Shown piece after piece: positions 1 through 12,883 of a stretch of 64,000 bases of DNA. The translations under genes and the position numbers were made by a program. A model generated the notes under the pieces. That model had not been told where the DNA came from, searched no databases, and worked only from the letters and a program-made list of their open reading frames with translations. This DNA comes from Anthoceros angustus (taxonomy: Eukaryota > Plantae > Anthocerotophyta). The first letter of the stretch is position 1. Each line of letters begins with the position of its first letter. The stretch is from positions 496,001 to 560,000 of the forward strand of contig VJWM01000103.1 in the NCBI GenBank assembly GCA_010909165.1, read 5' to 3'.

Positions 1-3000
1 AAGAATGTTCCACTTGGGACTCGATGCTATAGATGAATGGGAAGCCAAAGATCGGAGGCAGACGCGTTTTAATGAACGGACTTACCAAGCGATGGTACTC
101 CAAGTTGCGACGCAAACACCGCAGAGATGTGGGAGAAGTTAGCTCGACTTTATGCCTCCAAAGATGGAATGAGCTTATTGATCGCCACACGTCACTTATA
201 TACTATAAGGATGAAGGAGACGATTCCTTACAACAACACTTGAGCAACTTCCAGACAAAGAATAATTTCAATGCATCCTCAAGAAAACTTACAGAGAAAC
301 AAACTTTTATTGCTCTCCTCGCCAGCTTGCCGCCCTCCTATAGGCCCTTTGTGACAACGCAAAATGCGGTCCTTAGAGCTGCACAAAAACAGAAGAAATT
401 AATGGGCTCCACAACGCTGGATATCAGCGTAAGTGAATTAATTGGAGCACTTATTGAGGAGGACGCAAGCCGTCGAAATGAAAATCCCCGATCAGCCCGC
501 CAGCAAGTAATGTACAGACGCAGAGGAAGAGGACGTGGCCGAGGCGGAAACTTCACTCCTAGACCGACTCCTACTCAAAATTTTCAAGGAACATCCACTT
601 CTTCATTTAAACCTTCAAAGGCATGAAGAAGGCTGGAGTTACCGCAATTGGTGCAAGATGACCAAAATATGGTGAGCCAAAGAAGGAGGTCACCTGGAGC
701 ACATGTTGCCGTTAAGAAGAAGCCCTCCACGGCAACTCCATCAAGATTTCATCGCTTGGCAAGTTCCAAGCCATCAAACCAAAATTGGTATTTAGACAGG
801 TGCAACATCTCATATATGTCACGACCTTAACTTTTGAGTCGTATTCGCCATCAAAAGGACAACAAACAGGTGCTCTAGGCGACCATAACCTCACCATATT
901 TGGTGTAGGTTCCGTGGCATTAAAGTGCTCCACCAGTTCTTACTCTCCCATGTCCTTTATGTACCCTCCATGTGCAAGAATCTAGTGTCACCGCTAGTTT
1001 ATGTCAAGAACATAACATGCAAATTATCCTTGAAGCCGATTTGTGTCTCCTTTACTATCATACTAATAAGTATCACACAACTGCCTGCACACTAGAAGAT
1101 GGACTCTATAAACTCGGTCAAGTGGGTCCGTTACACCTCATCAATGTAGCCTCCCATTCCACTCTTCAAGCACCATGCTTTGGCATCGATTAGGTCATCC
1201 GAATAGCCAAAAGCTTATCCAAATGTCTAAGGAAACTGTATAGAACTCCTGTATTCCTAAACTTGAACCTCTCCGTGAAGTCATAAGCGTCATAAAGCTC
1301 CATTCCACAATCCATCCCCTCGAGGGCTAGGCACCCTTAGAGTTGGTTCACACGGACATTTGTGGTCCGATATCCGCACCTTCATTTAGTGGTTGTAGAT
1401 ATTTTTAACCTTCATCGATGATTATTCCGGTTCGTCCTCACCTACATCCTCCGCCATAAGAGTCGCCTTTTCTTTCTTCAAAGAATATATGATGTGGGCA
1501 GAGACTTAAGACAGAAGCTTAAAACTCTTCGCTCCGATAATGGAGGAGAGTTCACTTCAAATGAATTTGCTGAATTTGCTGAAGGTATAGCGCAACAACT
1601 TAGTGTGGTACACACACCTCAAAATGGCGTAGAAAACAAAATTTACGCCTCCGGAGATCACATGTTTGCTCACCCAAGCTACATTATCTAAAAGTTATTG
1701 AAGCTATATTGACAACATATCTCCTTAATAGACCGACTTCCGGTCAAGGCATGACTCCATATGAAGCTTTCTTGGGAGAAAACCTTCTATTGATCATTTA
1801 CGAATCTTGGATCCCCGCTATGTGTTCATCCCCAAAGTACAACGCAAGAAGTCTGGATCCCAAGGCAGCCAAATATACCTTTATTGGCTACAGAAGGCAT
1901 TAAGGGTTACAAGTTATTTGACCCATCTACCCGAAAGCTCATTTATGCTAGGAGCGTGACCTTTCATGAATCTCATATTCTTTCTCCTATTATGGGGCAT
2001 CTGCTCCCATTACTCCCGATGCTCCTTCCTCTGCGCATCCGAGCCTTCCACTTTGATGACGATGATTTTGTCATCATTCATTCACTCCCTCCGCAGCAAG
2101 CTCCTATGGATGAACCTCATTGCGGGAGGAGGAGGAGGAGTTAGAATATATTCCAAGACGACCAACTACTCCGGATCCCGATTTAGAAGAACCTCAACAT
2201 TTAGCGATGAAATCGACTATGATGTTGAAATTCGTGAGGAGGATCGTATTCCTTTGAGGATGAGCCGACGAGCAAGAGCTGCACGCAGACAGAACCAGCT
2301 CAACAAGTGGTCGACATTGAGGAACACATTCAACAACCTGCACCAAGGTACAATCTTAGGACTAGACCCGCTGTTGCAGGACCTGCTGGATGGAAGGAAC
2401 CACCTTTGGGATATCTTGTCACTTCCGATGACCCCATTTCTCCTCTCACACCTTATTATCAAGTTTACAAAGCCAGTTGATCCAGAGGAACCGCTAACCT
2501 TGAAACAAGCATTTTCCTCTCACGAGAAAGACCATGGAAGGTAGCGAGATTGATACAACTCTTTAGTAGAAAACTCCACATGGGAATTAGTTAAACCACC
2601 CAAAGGGAGAAAAATAGTGGGAAGTAAATGGGTCTTTAAAATCAAACGTAAGGGTGATGGTTCTATTGAGCGATATAAGGCAAGGTGGTAGCGAGGGTTT
2701 ACCATACCGGGTTTAGATTACATACCGGCTACCTATGCACAAAGCAAAGTTTGCCTCCTCAATTATAATAGCCTTGTCCGCTCAACATGACTTACATCTT
2801 CACATGATGGACGTCAAAGCGCCTATCTGCATGGCGAATCCAAGAAGAAATATACATGAGACAACTAAGGCTATGAAGTCAAAGGTAAAGAAGACCATGT
2901 ATGCAGCTCATTAAAGGCATTTATGGCCTTAAGCAATCGAGCAAGGAATGGAATAATGATATACATGACAAGCTTACAAAATATGGTTTTGTTCAAAGCA

Positions 3001-4629
3001 AAGCGGATGCTAGCATGTATATCCGAAGACTAAACAAAGACACAATTTACCTCTTACTATATGTGGATGACTTATTTTTAGCTTCATCTTCACTCTCCCA
3101 TCTAGCTGAAATTAAAGCATGGTTGAGAAGTCATTATGAAAATGACACTGGAGACCTTAGTTATGCCCTTGGCGTTAACATTATAAGAAATAGAGGTAAT
3201 AAATCCATTTCCTTGGTTCAAACAAAATATATAAAAGAAAGCTTAAAGAAGTTTGGACTAGAAGATGCTAAGCCAGCCACACCATTTCCAAGTGGCACAA
3301 GGCTTCAGATATGAGCCCTAAAAGCAGGTCGAGGAGAAATGTCAGCACCATCTACATCTTTGTTGGCACCTTAATATATTTAAGTAACTTCACAAGACCC
3401 GATATATCTTTTGAAGTTAGTGCGCCTCACAATTTTTGAGAATCACGGAAGACAACATTGGCAATGTGTCAAGAGAATATTCAGTATTTAAGGACTATGC
3501 CTGATGTTAATTATGTCGAGATCCCGATAGCCGCAAATCAGATCCGCTATGCATTGCTAGGAGGTGCACCCATTTCATGGTCAAGTAAGAAACAACCAAC
3601 CATTGCTTTGTCGACAGAGTAGTATAGGGTCCTCACCTCGTCTCCAAGGATATAGTGGAGTAGGTTAGCATTGAGTGAGTTGAATTATCCCCAAGATGGA
3701 CCTACACCTCTGATACAGTGGGCTATTGCCTTAGCTAGGAACTTTTTCCACTCGAACTAAACATATAGCCGAGTATCATTACATACGGAAATGTTAGAAA
3801 ATAAAACAATAGATATCAATTATATACCAACTCAAAACAACCAGCTGACCTTTTAACCAAGTCATTAGGAAGAGATTTGCATTTAAAACACATGAAAATG
3901 TTAGGAGTACAAGAGGTTAAGCCATAGCTAGTGGGTATTTTCCAATTTTACAATCCACAAAGTTTATCTAGCATGTTTATTTCCTCTTCTATTTCCAAGT
4001 AATCATCACTGATTCTCTCTCTCTCTAATGCCCAAAAGGACCTACAAAACACTCCATGGGTTACAGGAAGAAAAATGGTGTTGAGTTAGTCATTCGAAGT
4101 TAGGTCACTTACTATACAAGTGCTTGGTGTGTCCTTCGTACTCTTCACATGGATATGCACCTAACCACATCATTTTTATCCCCTTTTCTCACATACATAT
4201 TCCATGGGGACTTCGTGGTCGTCCTTTCCTCCCTAAGCACCATGTATGTTGCTCGCATAGGTTTCAGGCAAATAGGAGTTTGGTATTTTCCTTTTGTTTT
4301 GTTATAGGTTGTAGAGGTAGGGCAAACCTCACATGGCTTGTGCCTACCCTTTCTCCACATCCGCAAAATAGATGTAGATTAGCTTATCATTAGCATAGGT
4401 TACACTAGTTACTAGCCCCTAACTATAGGTTTTACACCTACTCACTTTTCTTTTCCCTACTTCTCCTATGTCGGCTAGCATATGCTCTCCAGCTGCCCTC
4501 ACACACCTACTGGGGCCTCGTCTGTTTATGGAGTCCCCGACCTCGACTCTTCTTCTATGTTGAAGTCGTCATACCTGTGACACTCGAGGAGATCGAGAGC
4601 CCTCGGTAGTTGGATTATCTACATCAACA
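1..4629 (+). mobile_element. Degenerate Ty1/copia LTR retrotransposon (gag, protease, integrase, RT, RNase H, PPT, 3' LTR); 5' end lies outside the window
   Basis: Gag-like 'ALLASLPPSYRPFVTT' (33-626), protease-like 'WYLD' (~786), integrase 'LVHTDICGP' (~1340) and 'LRSDNGGEFTSNEF', then RT 'LYVDDL' (~3060) and RNase H remnants. Order INT-RT-RH is copia-type. Many stops and frameshifts. Confidence 0.93.
4079..4629 (+). repeat. 3' LTR of the copia element (551 bp)
   Basis: Starts TGTTGA (4079) and ends TCAACA (4629), a 6-bp terminal inverted repeat. Directly preceded by the purine tract 'caggaagaaaaatgg'. No PBS follows. Confidence 0.75.
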
Positions 4630-6069
4630 ATCATTAGTATTATTTTTATGCAATCAAATTATTTATTGCAATTTATTTTGCATTTTATTGGCTTACCAGC
4701 CCCCTCGACTTCTTTGATGACCACATCGGCATTTCCGGCGAATGCTTGTATCACCAAGACGTCATCCTCTCCATCGACCATTTCTCCACCTGTTTTCGCC
4801 ACCTCGGCACATGCTTGCAGGAATTCATAAGAGAAATTAGGATCTTCCATGTCCTTTCCTATGTTACGGCCGGGGCCCGACATCGGGATCTCTTCACCCC
4901 GTGCAAGTGCCTCTCTATACCACAAGATGCAGGCGGCTGGCTCAATTTTATCCTTTCTCCACGCGGCAAGTTTTCTTCTTCTGCTTTGCTCTTTTCATTT
5001 TCTTTATGGCCTCGTCCTTTGGAGCATGGGGCCGCCTTCCTCCCGACGAGGACCCACCACATTAGGTATATTATATTCAAACATGCAAGAGATATGAAAA
5101 TGCACAATGGAAAATGGAAAATATGAAAAGGAAAAATGGATACAAAAATCGACATGGATCTCCACTCCAATTTTGCAGCAATATATGCATAACACAAGAC
5201 ACATTTTCAGACTCCACCATCATTAGCAGCGAGAGATCAATCACACAGCGCAAGCATGTGCGGGGGAGCGGCACAGGCAGCGCGGCGCGCGGCGCGCGCA
5301 CCAGGCAGCGGCAGCGAGGCGCGCGCGCGGCGCGCGCGGCGCGCGGCGCTGGGCGATGGCGCGGATGGCGGCGCTGCTGGAGCGCTGCGGAGGGGGGAGG
5401 AGGAGGACAATGGCGGCTATCCGCCACCGCGCGCGCGTGCGGCCGTCATGCACGCCTCTAGTGCCCACCAATCGTGGCCGGGTGATTTAGGATAAGCCCG
5501 TATTGGCTTATCCATTTAAAGTTTTTTTTATTTTCAGGCCTTTTATTTATTTATTTCCCTTTTATTTATTTATTTAGGCCTCTTTTAAGCCTAGCTATTT
5601 AGGCTATTATTTTCAACCTTATTCTGGTGATTATTTTGGTGGACATATTAGGTTTTCTATTTCAGGCTTACTTATTCATCAAACAGCTTAAGTTGTTAGC
5701 ATTTTTCTTAGGCTTATAATTTTTTATTAAGTGGGAGTCTATCTACGATTTAGACCTCATTTTGAAGCTAGAATTCACCCCTACATACATAGTGAGTGGG
5801 AGTGATGAAATAGGTCTAGCTTAGGGCACTATTCATTAGGGCCTCATTACTTAAACATTAAATTAGAGCTAGGGCTTTGGGTAGTTAGTTGTTAAGTTAG
5901 TTACAACAACTTATAGTTGCAACAACTTATGGTTGCAACTACTTATGGTTACAACAACATATTGTTGTAACCACCCTACCACCCAGCATATTTAAAGGCT
6001 TGTACTTTACTCATTAAATTATTCATTCCATTGTTTTCTCTTCTATCTAAGAGCTATTGATTCTCATCA
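4630..6069 (+). mobile_element. 3' part of a second LTR retroelement: internal region, PPT and a 267-bp LTR at 5803-6069
   Basis: PPT 'agtgagtgggag' (5791-5802) directly before TGATGA (5803); LTR ends TCATCA (6069). TATA-like 'tatttaaa' and four 16-bp tandem units lie inside the LTR. Confidence 0.68.
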
Positions 6070-9000
6070 GTTTGAATCTTCAGACAAGACCAGCAAGCCA
6101 AACAACTAACTCACCGCCCTCAACGCTTGTCGTGCCAAATCAAAAAGCGCAATCGTCGGAAAACTGCCTACCCTCCAAACCGCCCGGGACCCGCTGAAGT
6201 GTGCAGGGTGTAAACTAGAACCGCCCCGAATAACTTGGGCGTGAAGATGCTCCATAAACCCTTGTGTACTGTGTCGATCGTGAATGCGCCCGACAAGTCC
6301 CGACACCGCCATTTTTCCCATTTGCTCTCCACGACGATAGCGCCACCCTTGCCTGACATCTTCGTCCCCGGGTGCCATGAACGAGTGAGAACCCGCCAGG
6401 GTCAATCTCCCATGGCAGCGACTTGGCGAAATGGGCACATTCCGCAGATCGAGTGTCCATGTCCAGATTGCGGGCCTACAAACAAGAAATGTCGTGCTGA
6501 TATCTCAATGTGCCATGTCGATGGGTGGGATGACTTTTTCAAGAAACATGTAAGGCGTGTGCCGCTTGCCCAGAGCAAGTTGATGTCTGCAGCCCTCCAT
6601 GGTCCGCTGATCTATTTCTTGGTTCCTTCCAGGGATATCCTCCAGAGTACCAGGAGGCATTTCGCCGCCACCGGTTGGCCTTCACTCTCCATACTATGGA
6701 TGACTCAAACACCGCCCCTTGTGCTCCGGGTGACCCTCATCTTGTCATGCCCACGCTTAGTGTCTTCGGGCCCGACGTCCCTCAGGAAGAGGGAGAATTC
6801 ATTGACGCCATACCAGACCCTTGGAAAGATGTCGGCGTCGAGGCTTCATTCCATCATGTAATGTTTCCGCTCCTTACAAGTCGAGAATCGCTGCAAGGGC
6901 CTCCTCACCATACAGAAAAGGTACCACATAACGGACCGCGGGATGAATGCCATCTTCAAATTTGTCCAGAGTGCCCTACTTCCTCCCGTAACACTTTGCT
7001 AGTCGAGGGAGGCTCGAAGGATCCTCCACCAATTGGGCAGGTTGTCACCGAATCCCAAAGAAAAAGGGTGTATGCTAGCATGGGGATCCCAGTCTAATGC
7101 AACTCATTGCAAGTGTGGGGAACCATTTTACAGGGAAAAGAAGGCAAGGCGTAGTGCCCCAGTAAGGCGAAAGACCTTGTTTTATTTCCCAGTGCAGGAA
7201 CGCATCCTGCGGATGTTCCGTTGTCCCAAGCTTGCAAAAAACCTAACATGGTTTACTAGGCACCGTAGTGTGAATGGTGACATCAGAATTCTGGCTGATA
7301 CTCCGGCATGGGCCCATTTGGACGAGGTTGATAACTTCGGCTTGGAGGACAGGAACATTCGCTTCTCCATCTCGACTGACGGTTTCAATCCCAGCGGACA
7401 CCGTTCAAGTGCATATTCCATATGGCCAGTTATGCTGGTAATTAATAATCTTCTGCCATGGTTGGCCACAAAGAAAGAGAGCGTCCTCCTGCCGCTGATA
7501 ATCCCAGGTCCCACACAACCTGCCAACATGGACGTTTATCTGGAGCCCTTACTGGATGAGCTCGCAAGTTTGTGGGATGGTGTCACTGCTGTGGATCATT
7601 CCACCCTGCCAGAAGATCCAAAGAGGACGTTCCACCTGCGTGCAGCACTGATTCAAGCCACTTGCGACTATCCTGGTTTAGGCAACTTATTTGGGCTGCA
7701 AGTCAAGGGTTATCGGGCATGCTTTGATTGTGGTGATGAACTGGATGCACGATGGTCAGCTGCTTTGGACAAAATTTTGTATGCTGGCTACCGCCGGTGG
7801 AGCCCTACACTGCGAGACAGGCGGCGCCGTGCAAACCGTGAGGCATTCAACAATGCTCGAGCTGGGCCCTCGCAGCGGGTGGATGTAGCTACGTGGCACC
7901 GAGATGTGGGAGGCGTCGGATCAGTCGGGCCATGCCCGGGCAGTGGGGTATTAGGAGACAATCAATGTTCTTCATAAAGCTGCCATACCTATTGGTAATA
8001 ATGCTTAACGCTGGCTTTATTCTAGGCCACAGTGCACAACATTGTTCTTGCTCTTGCTAGTTTCCCTAATGATATCCAGAAGCCTAATCCTTGTTTTCCC
8101 CGAGTGCAGGTCATAGAGAAACTATGGGTGAAAGACGTAATGCACGTCGAGGTCAATAACGCCCAGGCGGTGTGGAAGGTTATCATCAATGGATACGCCC
8201 GGCCGCGACATGCAAGCATTAGACTCGAAGCCCTGGCTTTGGCCAGTGGAAGATGGTGAAAATTTGGCTTTGCCAGCTGCATCATATGTTCTGTCCAAAG
8301 ACGGCATGGACAAAGTGAAGGCCCAAATTTGCCATATCAAGCCCCCGACAGGATTCGGAGCAAACTTAAAGACGTGCTTCAGCGGTCGGAAAGTCATTGG
8401 CCTGAAGAGCCACGACTGGCACTTGTTATTGCAATATTACTTCCCGATGGTCTTGAAGGGCAACTTGAATGACCTAGAGTATAGCCTCATCGTGAGGCTG
8501 GCTTCTCTATATCGGTGGATATGTCAACCCTAGATAAACATGGCGATAGAGACGAGGAGCAATTGACATCTTGATCGGTTTGAGCACATGCGTCAATTTA
8601 CGGAATATAATGCAGCACCTCATTGTGCACTTGGTTGACGAGGTAGCCACCCATGGTACTGTCCACAACAGGTGGATGTACCCCATGGAACGGTTTATGC
8701 TAGTCCTCAAACGCCACGTTCGAAATCGCTCAAGGCCGGAGGGCAGCATGTGCACCGGGCATCTCCTCATGGAAGCAATGCACTATGCTGGAGAGTACAT
8801 GGCCGCCAAGCATCCTGCTTTGCAAGGGATTTTACAAGCAAGCCCAACAAATGACGCCACAACTGAGCGGCCAATTGGAAAACCCCGGGAGATAAAACTT
8901 GGGCCTGATGATCACAGAAGACTGCATTGGTTCTTGTTACTCCATTCTAGAACTTTGGGCCCTCAACGAGAACAGTACGCAGCGTAGGGACAGACACGAC

Positions 9001-12000
9001 CCAACTTCATGGACTGGTTACAAGTTGGCATTGCACTTGGAAAGTGGGTCAATGACCCAGAGTATGACGATATTGAGGCCTTGGCCCGGGGACCCCATTT
9101 ATATGGCAAGGCATATCGAGGTCTTGACACAAGGGGTTACCATTTTCGATCAGAGGCCGACAAAGGCGGCAACACAGATGGCTTGGGTTCACGGCGGTTG
9201 CGTTAGAAAGTTGTGGAAGGGAGCGGGAATATTTCGGCCGAATCAAGGACATCTTAGAGGCTGAATTCGACGGCGACACACTAAGCGTGTTTGTATTCAA
9301 AGTGGAATGGTTTGAGTGTGGTCCCAACAAGCGGCCACCGTCTTTGGAGGTGGATGACTCCGGTTTCATGGCAGTTGACACAAGAAGGCCGTTTAGGTAT
9401 GGGCGGCAACACCAGTCCGGCCCGTGGGAGTTTCCGCTACACCTGCGTCAAGTGTTGACACATCCCGATCCAGGCTGTCCTGGATGGGCGATTTGCACAT
9501 CAATTCCATCATGGTTCGAACGGATGGAAGAATTGTTGGAGTGATGTTGGCCGTACTTAGCTTGTAATCATAACCCTAATCCACTTGTGTGTGTCGTGAG
9601 CACTTGAACGTTGGCGGCACGAGTAATTCATCTGTTCTTCAGTGCAAATTGACTCACGCTCCATGATTGCAGGTCATTGCGCTTGTGCCGGGTGATGGAG
9701 GTGCTGGACCGGAGGAAGCGCCCTTTTTTGATGGCTTCGCGGGACCCAAGCAGTGAGGAGGCAACCTTTGCGTGGCCAACGCAAGATGCAACAAGCACAG
9801 AAATCGTGAATGCAGCTTGCGATGAGAGCTTCTTGTCATCCCAGCTTGGTGAAGTTTCGCATCGGCCCTATGGCCTACCAATTGGAAAAGACATGGCAAT
9901 GTGTTGGGAGGAATCATATGCAGATGTGGACAGCTTGAGACTAGACAGAGACCTAGATGTATGGTTTGGACGCTTGCGATGCTGGGAGTGCGCCTTTTGG
10001 ACAAATTGTCATCGGGAGTTTGCCGCATCTGGGACAATGTTGTGCCCAACACACTTTCGACCAGTGGTGGGGGCCGGCAAATGGGAGCAATCGGAGCACA
10101 GGGACTTGAACACAGACCATCAGCTGGCAATGGAACCACAAGCGGAACTTGTGGGTAGCGTAACCGGTTCTGTGTAGAGACCACTTTGTGTAGCCAGATG
10201 TAGAGATTGTGGTGCCTAGATTTGTGTGACGATTTCTCATCGTCCTCTGCCCTGGCAGTGTATTCCACTAGGCATGTAATGCAATCAAATTGTATTTCGG
10301 CAATCACGGGCAAAAGGCTATTGCATAGTTTGAATGCAATGGCCTCTGAAGAGTTCAAATTGAATGTGGAGCGTAAAGGAGTGAGAGGAAGTATGGCGGG
10401 AGCGGTGAAGGCCATGGCTATTTGTATGCCGGCGAGAAGACGGCCCGAGAGAACACTGCCCCAAACCTACGCCCGATCGAATTTCCCACTCGCTCACGTC
10501 GCTATCCTGAATTTTCACCTCATTCGCGTGCCCGGGGTCCCATTAGCGGCATAGGAGCTCTCATCGTACCATGGCGCCATCCTGGAAAGAACTGTGGGGC
10601 CTCATGCAATGGACAGACATGGAGGAGGGTGCAGAGGGTGGCCACCCGGGTGGAGCAGTGAGCATTGAAGGTGCATCCTTAGCCGATGACAAAGTCCAAG
10701 AGGTGAGGGTCTCGAGCATCCGGGCCGCTTCATTGCTCCACTCTGCACTGGGAATGCAGAGAGGGCCGCTACTGCGAGTGGAGGCTCGATTTGCTGGGGG
10801 CAGCTCCAGAGGTGCCCCCGCATTGGATGCCGTGATGGACCGCTCGTGTGCTTTGGAGGCCGTGGCCAATGCACTGTCGCATGGCGCAAGCTGGGCAATG
10901 AATGTCCAAGCGGGCCGATGGTGTCGACATAGATCATGTGCGAAGGCCAATGCGGAGGCCTGGCTCCTTCCATGCGACAAGGCTTTGAGCGATTTACTAT
11001 CGAACTTGTGCAAACCAGTCGACCGTGATGAAGCCATGGACTAAACACTCCGAGCTACGAGAGAGTCGGTAGAGGATGCAAGCGATTTCCCGTGGTCATG
11101 GATCGGATCAAGGCCCACATTGCACAACGATCAAGAACGCGAATTTCTATGCAACATGCAAGGTGAAGCGGCACAATTGCGAAGGGAGGAAGCGGACGCG
11201 CATTGCGCCTAGCCAACATCATGAATGGGAAACAACAGTAACACGCGAGCCTAGCATCAAACGGGGAGGTGGCGCGACTACGCAGATGGCCGCGACAGAG
11301 GCAGGCCAAGCAGGGAGCAATCCGTGGCCATGGTGGGGACTGCAGCGGCGGCGTGCCTTTACATTGGCTGAAGCGGATGCCCACCTGCAGAGGCAGAGGG
11401 CATCGGACTGCGCAAGGAAAGGATGCCCGAATTCTGGGAGGTCCATGGTGAGCAGATTCCCGATTGTTGTCTCGACCTAGCCACCGCGTGGCCTTAACGC
11501 AGTTGTGTGCGTGTGAGCGAGGCGATCGAAGGGGAAGGAAGCGGGGGCTCTAGCGGTGGTGAAGCTAATGCAGGAGCACCGGCGAGGAGGTTGCACGATT
11601 GGGAGGAACCCTTCCTCTGTGCACGTCGGTGGCAAACATGATAACCTTGGAACTATCAGCAGTGGATGTAGTGCCCATGACACCACAATCGCCAGAGCAT
11701 CAATCGGTGAGGAGAGAAACATGGGAGGGCACTCGGCCTACAGTAAGTGGATTTTGCGGCCCGGATTTTGTGGCTCCTGGTTAAAACGAGTCCACGTCCA
11801 TGCTGCAGAGTGACCCCGGGATGGACGCCCTCCATGGTCATGCAAGAGCTAGGAATGCGTCACCATGGAGTCTGGAGGTGATGATCGAGGTGGTGAATCA
11901 GTGGTATAAGCTAGGCTCTTGAGCTATAGGTGCTCGCACCTATGGGAGTTGATTCAGTTGCTAAGCATGAAATTGCCAATTACAGTGTGGAAGATCCAAC

Positions 12001-12821
12001 CCCAACTCGGGCGGAGGCCAATTCATCTCCAAAGCCGCCGGGAGGCGCTGGGCAGGAAGGGATCCGGCCGGATGGTGGAAGAGGCAGTATGCTTGACAGA
12101 GGATTGAGAGAGTGATGGATGCAGTATGCATGAAGTTTCCAATTTGGCCTGATGCCACGACGGTTGCTATCCGCTTTTGTTATATTGCACACCGTACGAT
12201 TATGCCAGTATATAAATTGACCAATGAAGTTTGGAATCTAAAACATGATTAGCGTAATATGAACCTACCGGATCAAAACGAGGCGTTGGGGGATTGACCT
12301 ACGTTGGGAAATTGTAAACCATTATTATTGGGATTTCACTGTGGTGAATCCTAAGTGCGATTTATTATTGTAATTCTGGTCAAATGGTCTTTGCAGTCAA
12401 AGCGTGAACACACGTGGTCGACAACCACATGGCGTGCTGTGGGCAGTCAGGACCACCACTGTCTCGCAGGAAGCAGGGCCAACACATGGCTCTTCATAAT
12501 TTGCGGGGTCTCGGGCATGCTGGTTGCATGCGACATACGGCAAGACACACAATTGTGCCTGCAGGTGCCGCACATGATCCGGGCATCCTCCTCGACATGT
12601 CCATGCGCAGGCATGACCACCGGTGGCCCGGCAAAATCGGGCCGGCGTTAAGCGAACCGGCCATACTCGCCTACATATAAGGGGATCCACGCGAAATGAC
12701 AATGTCGATGGGAATTACGAAAATCTTGCCCATTGCTGCGTCATGTATCTTGCAGAACTGTAATATTATTGCCCGCAAGTGTAATAAAAGTTGTAATAAA
12801 ACTGCAGCCATTGTTATAGTG
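6070..12821 (+). mobile_element. Degenerate CACTA (En/Spm) DNA transposon with Tnp2/Transposase_21-like, DUF4218-like and DUF4216-like ORF fragments and an intact 3' terminus
   Basis: Motifs 'ISTDGFNP', 'WPVMLVINNLLPW', 'LIIPGPTQPANMDVYLEPLLDEL', 'DVMHVEVN', 'LKSHDWH', 'MQHLIVHL..VHNRWMYPMERF', 'FKVEWF'. Ends in TAGTG (12817-12821, reverse complement of CACTA) with subterminal TGTAATA repeats. Confidence 0.9.
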
Positions 12822-12883
12822 ATTCCATACAAGACATGTCCCTCCCTGTGACTAATAAGCTCCCGATTAAAAGATCACCGTGG

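Noticed and set aside
11900-12420. Possible ULP1-like protease remnant in the CACTA element
   Set aside because: Only a vague H-W-like stretch among many stops; catalytic residues cannot be identified.
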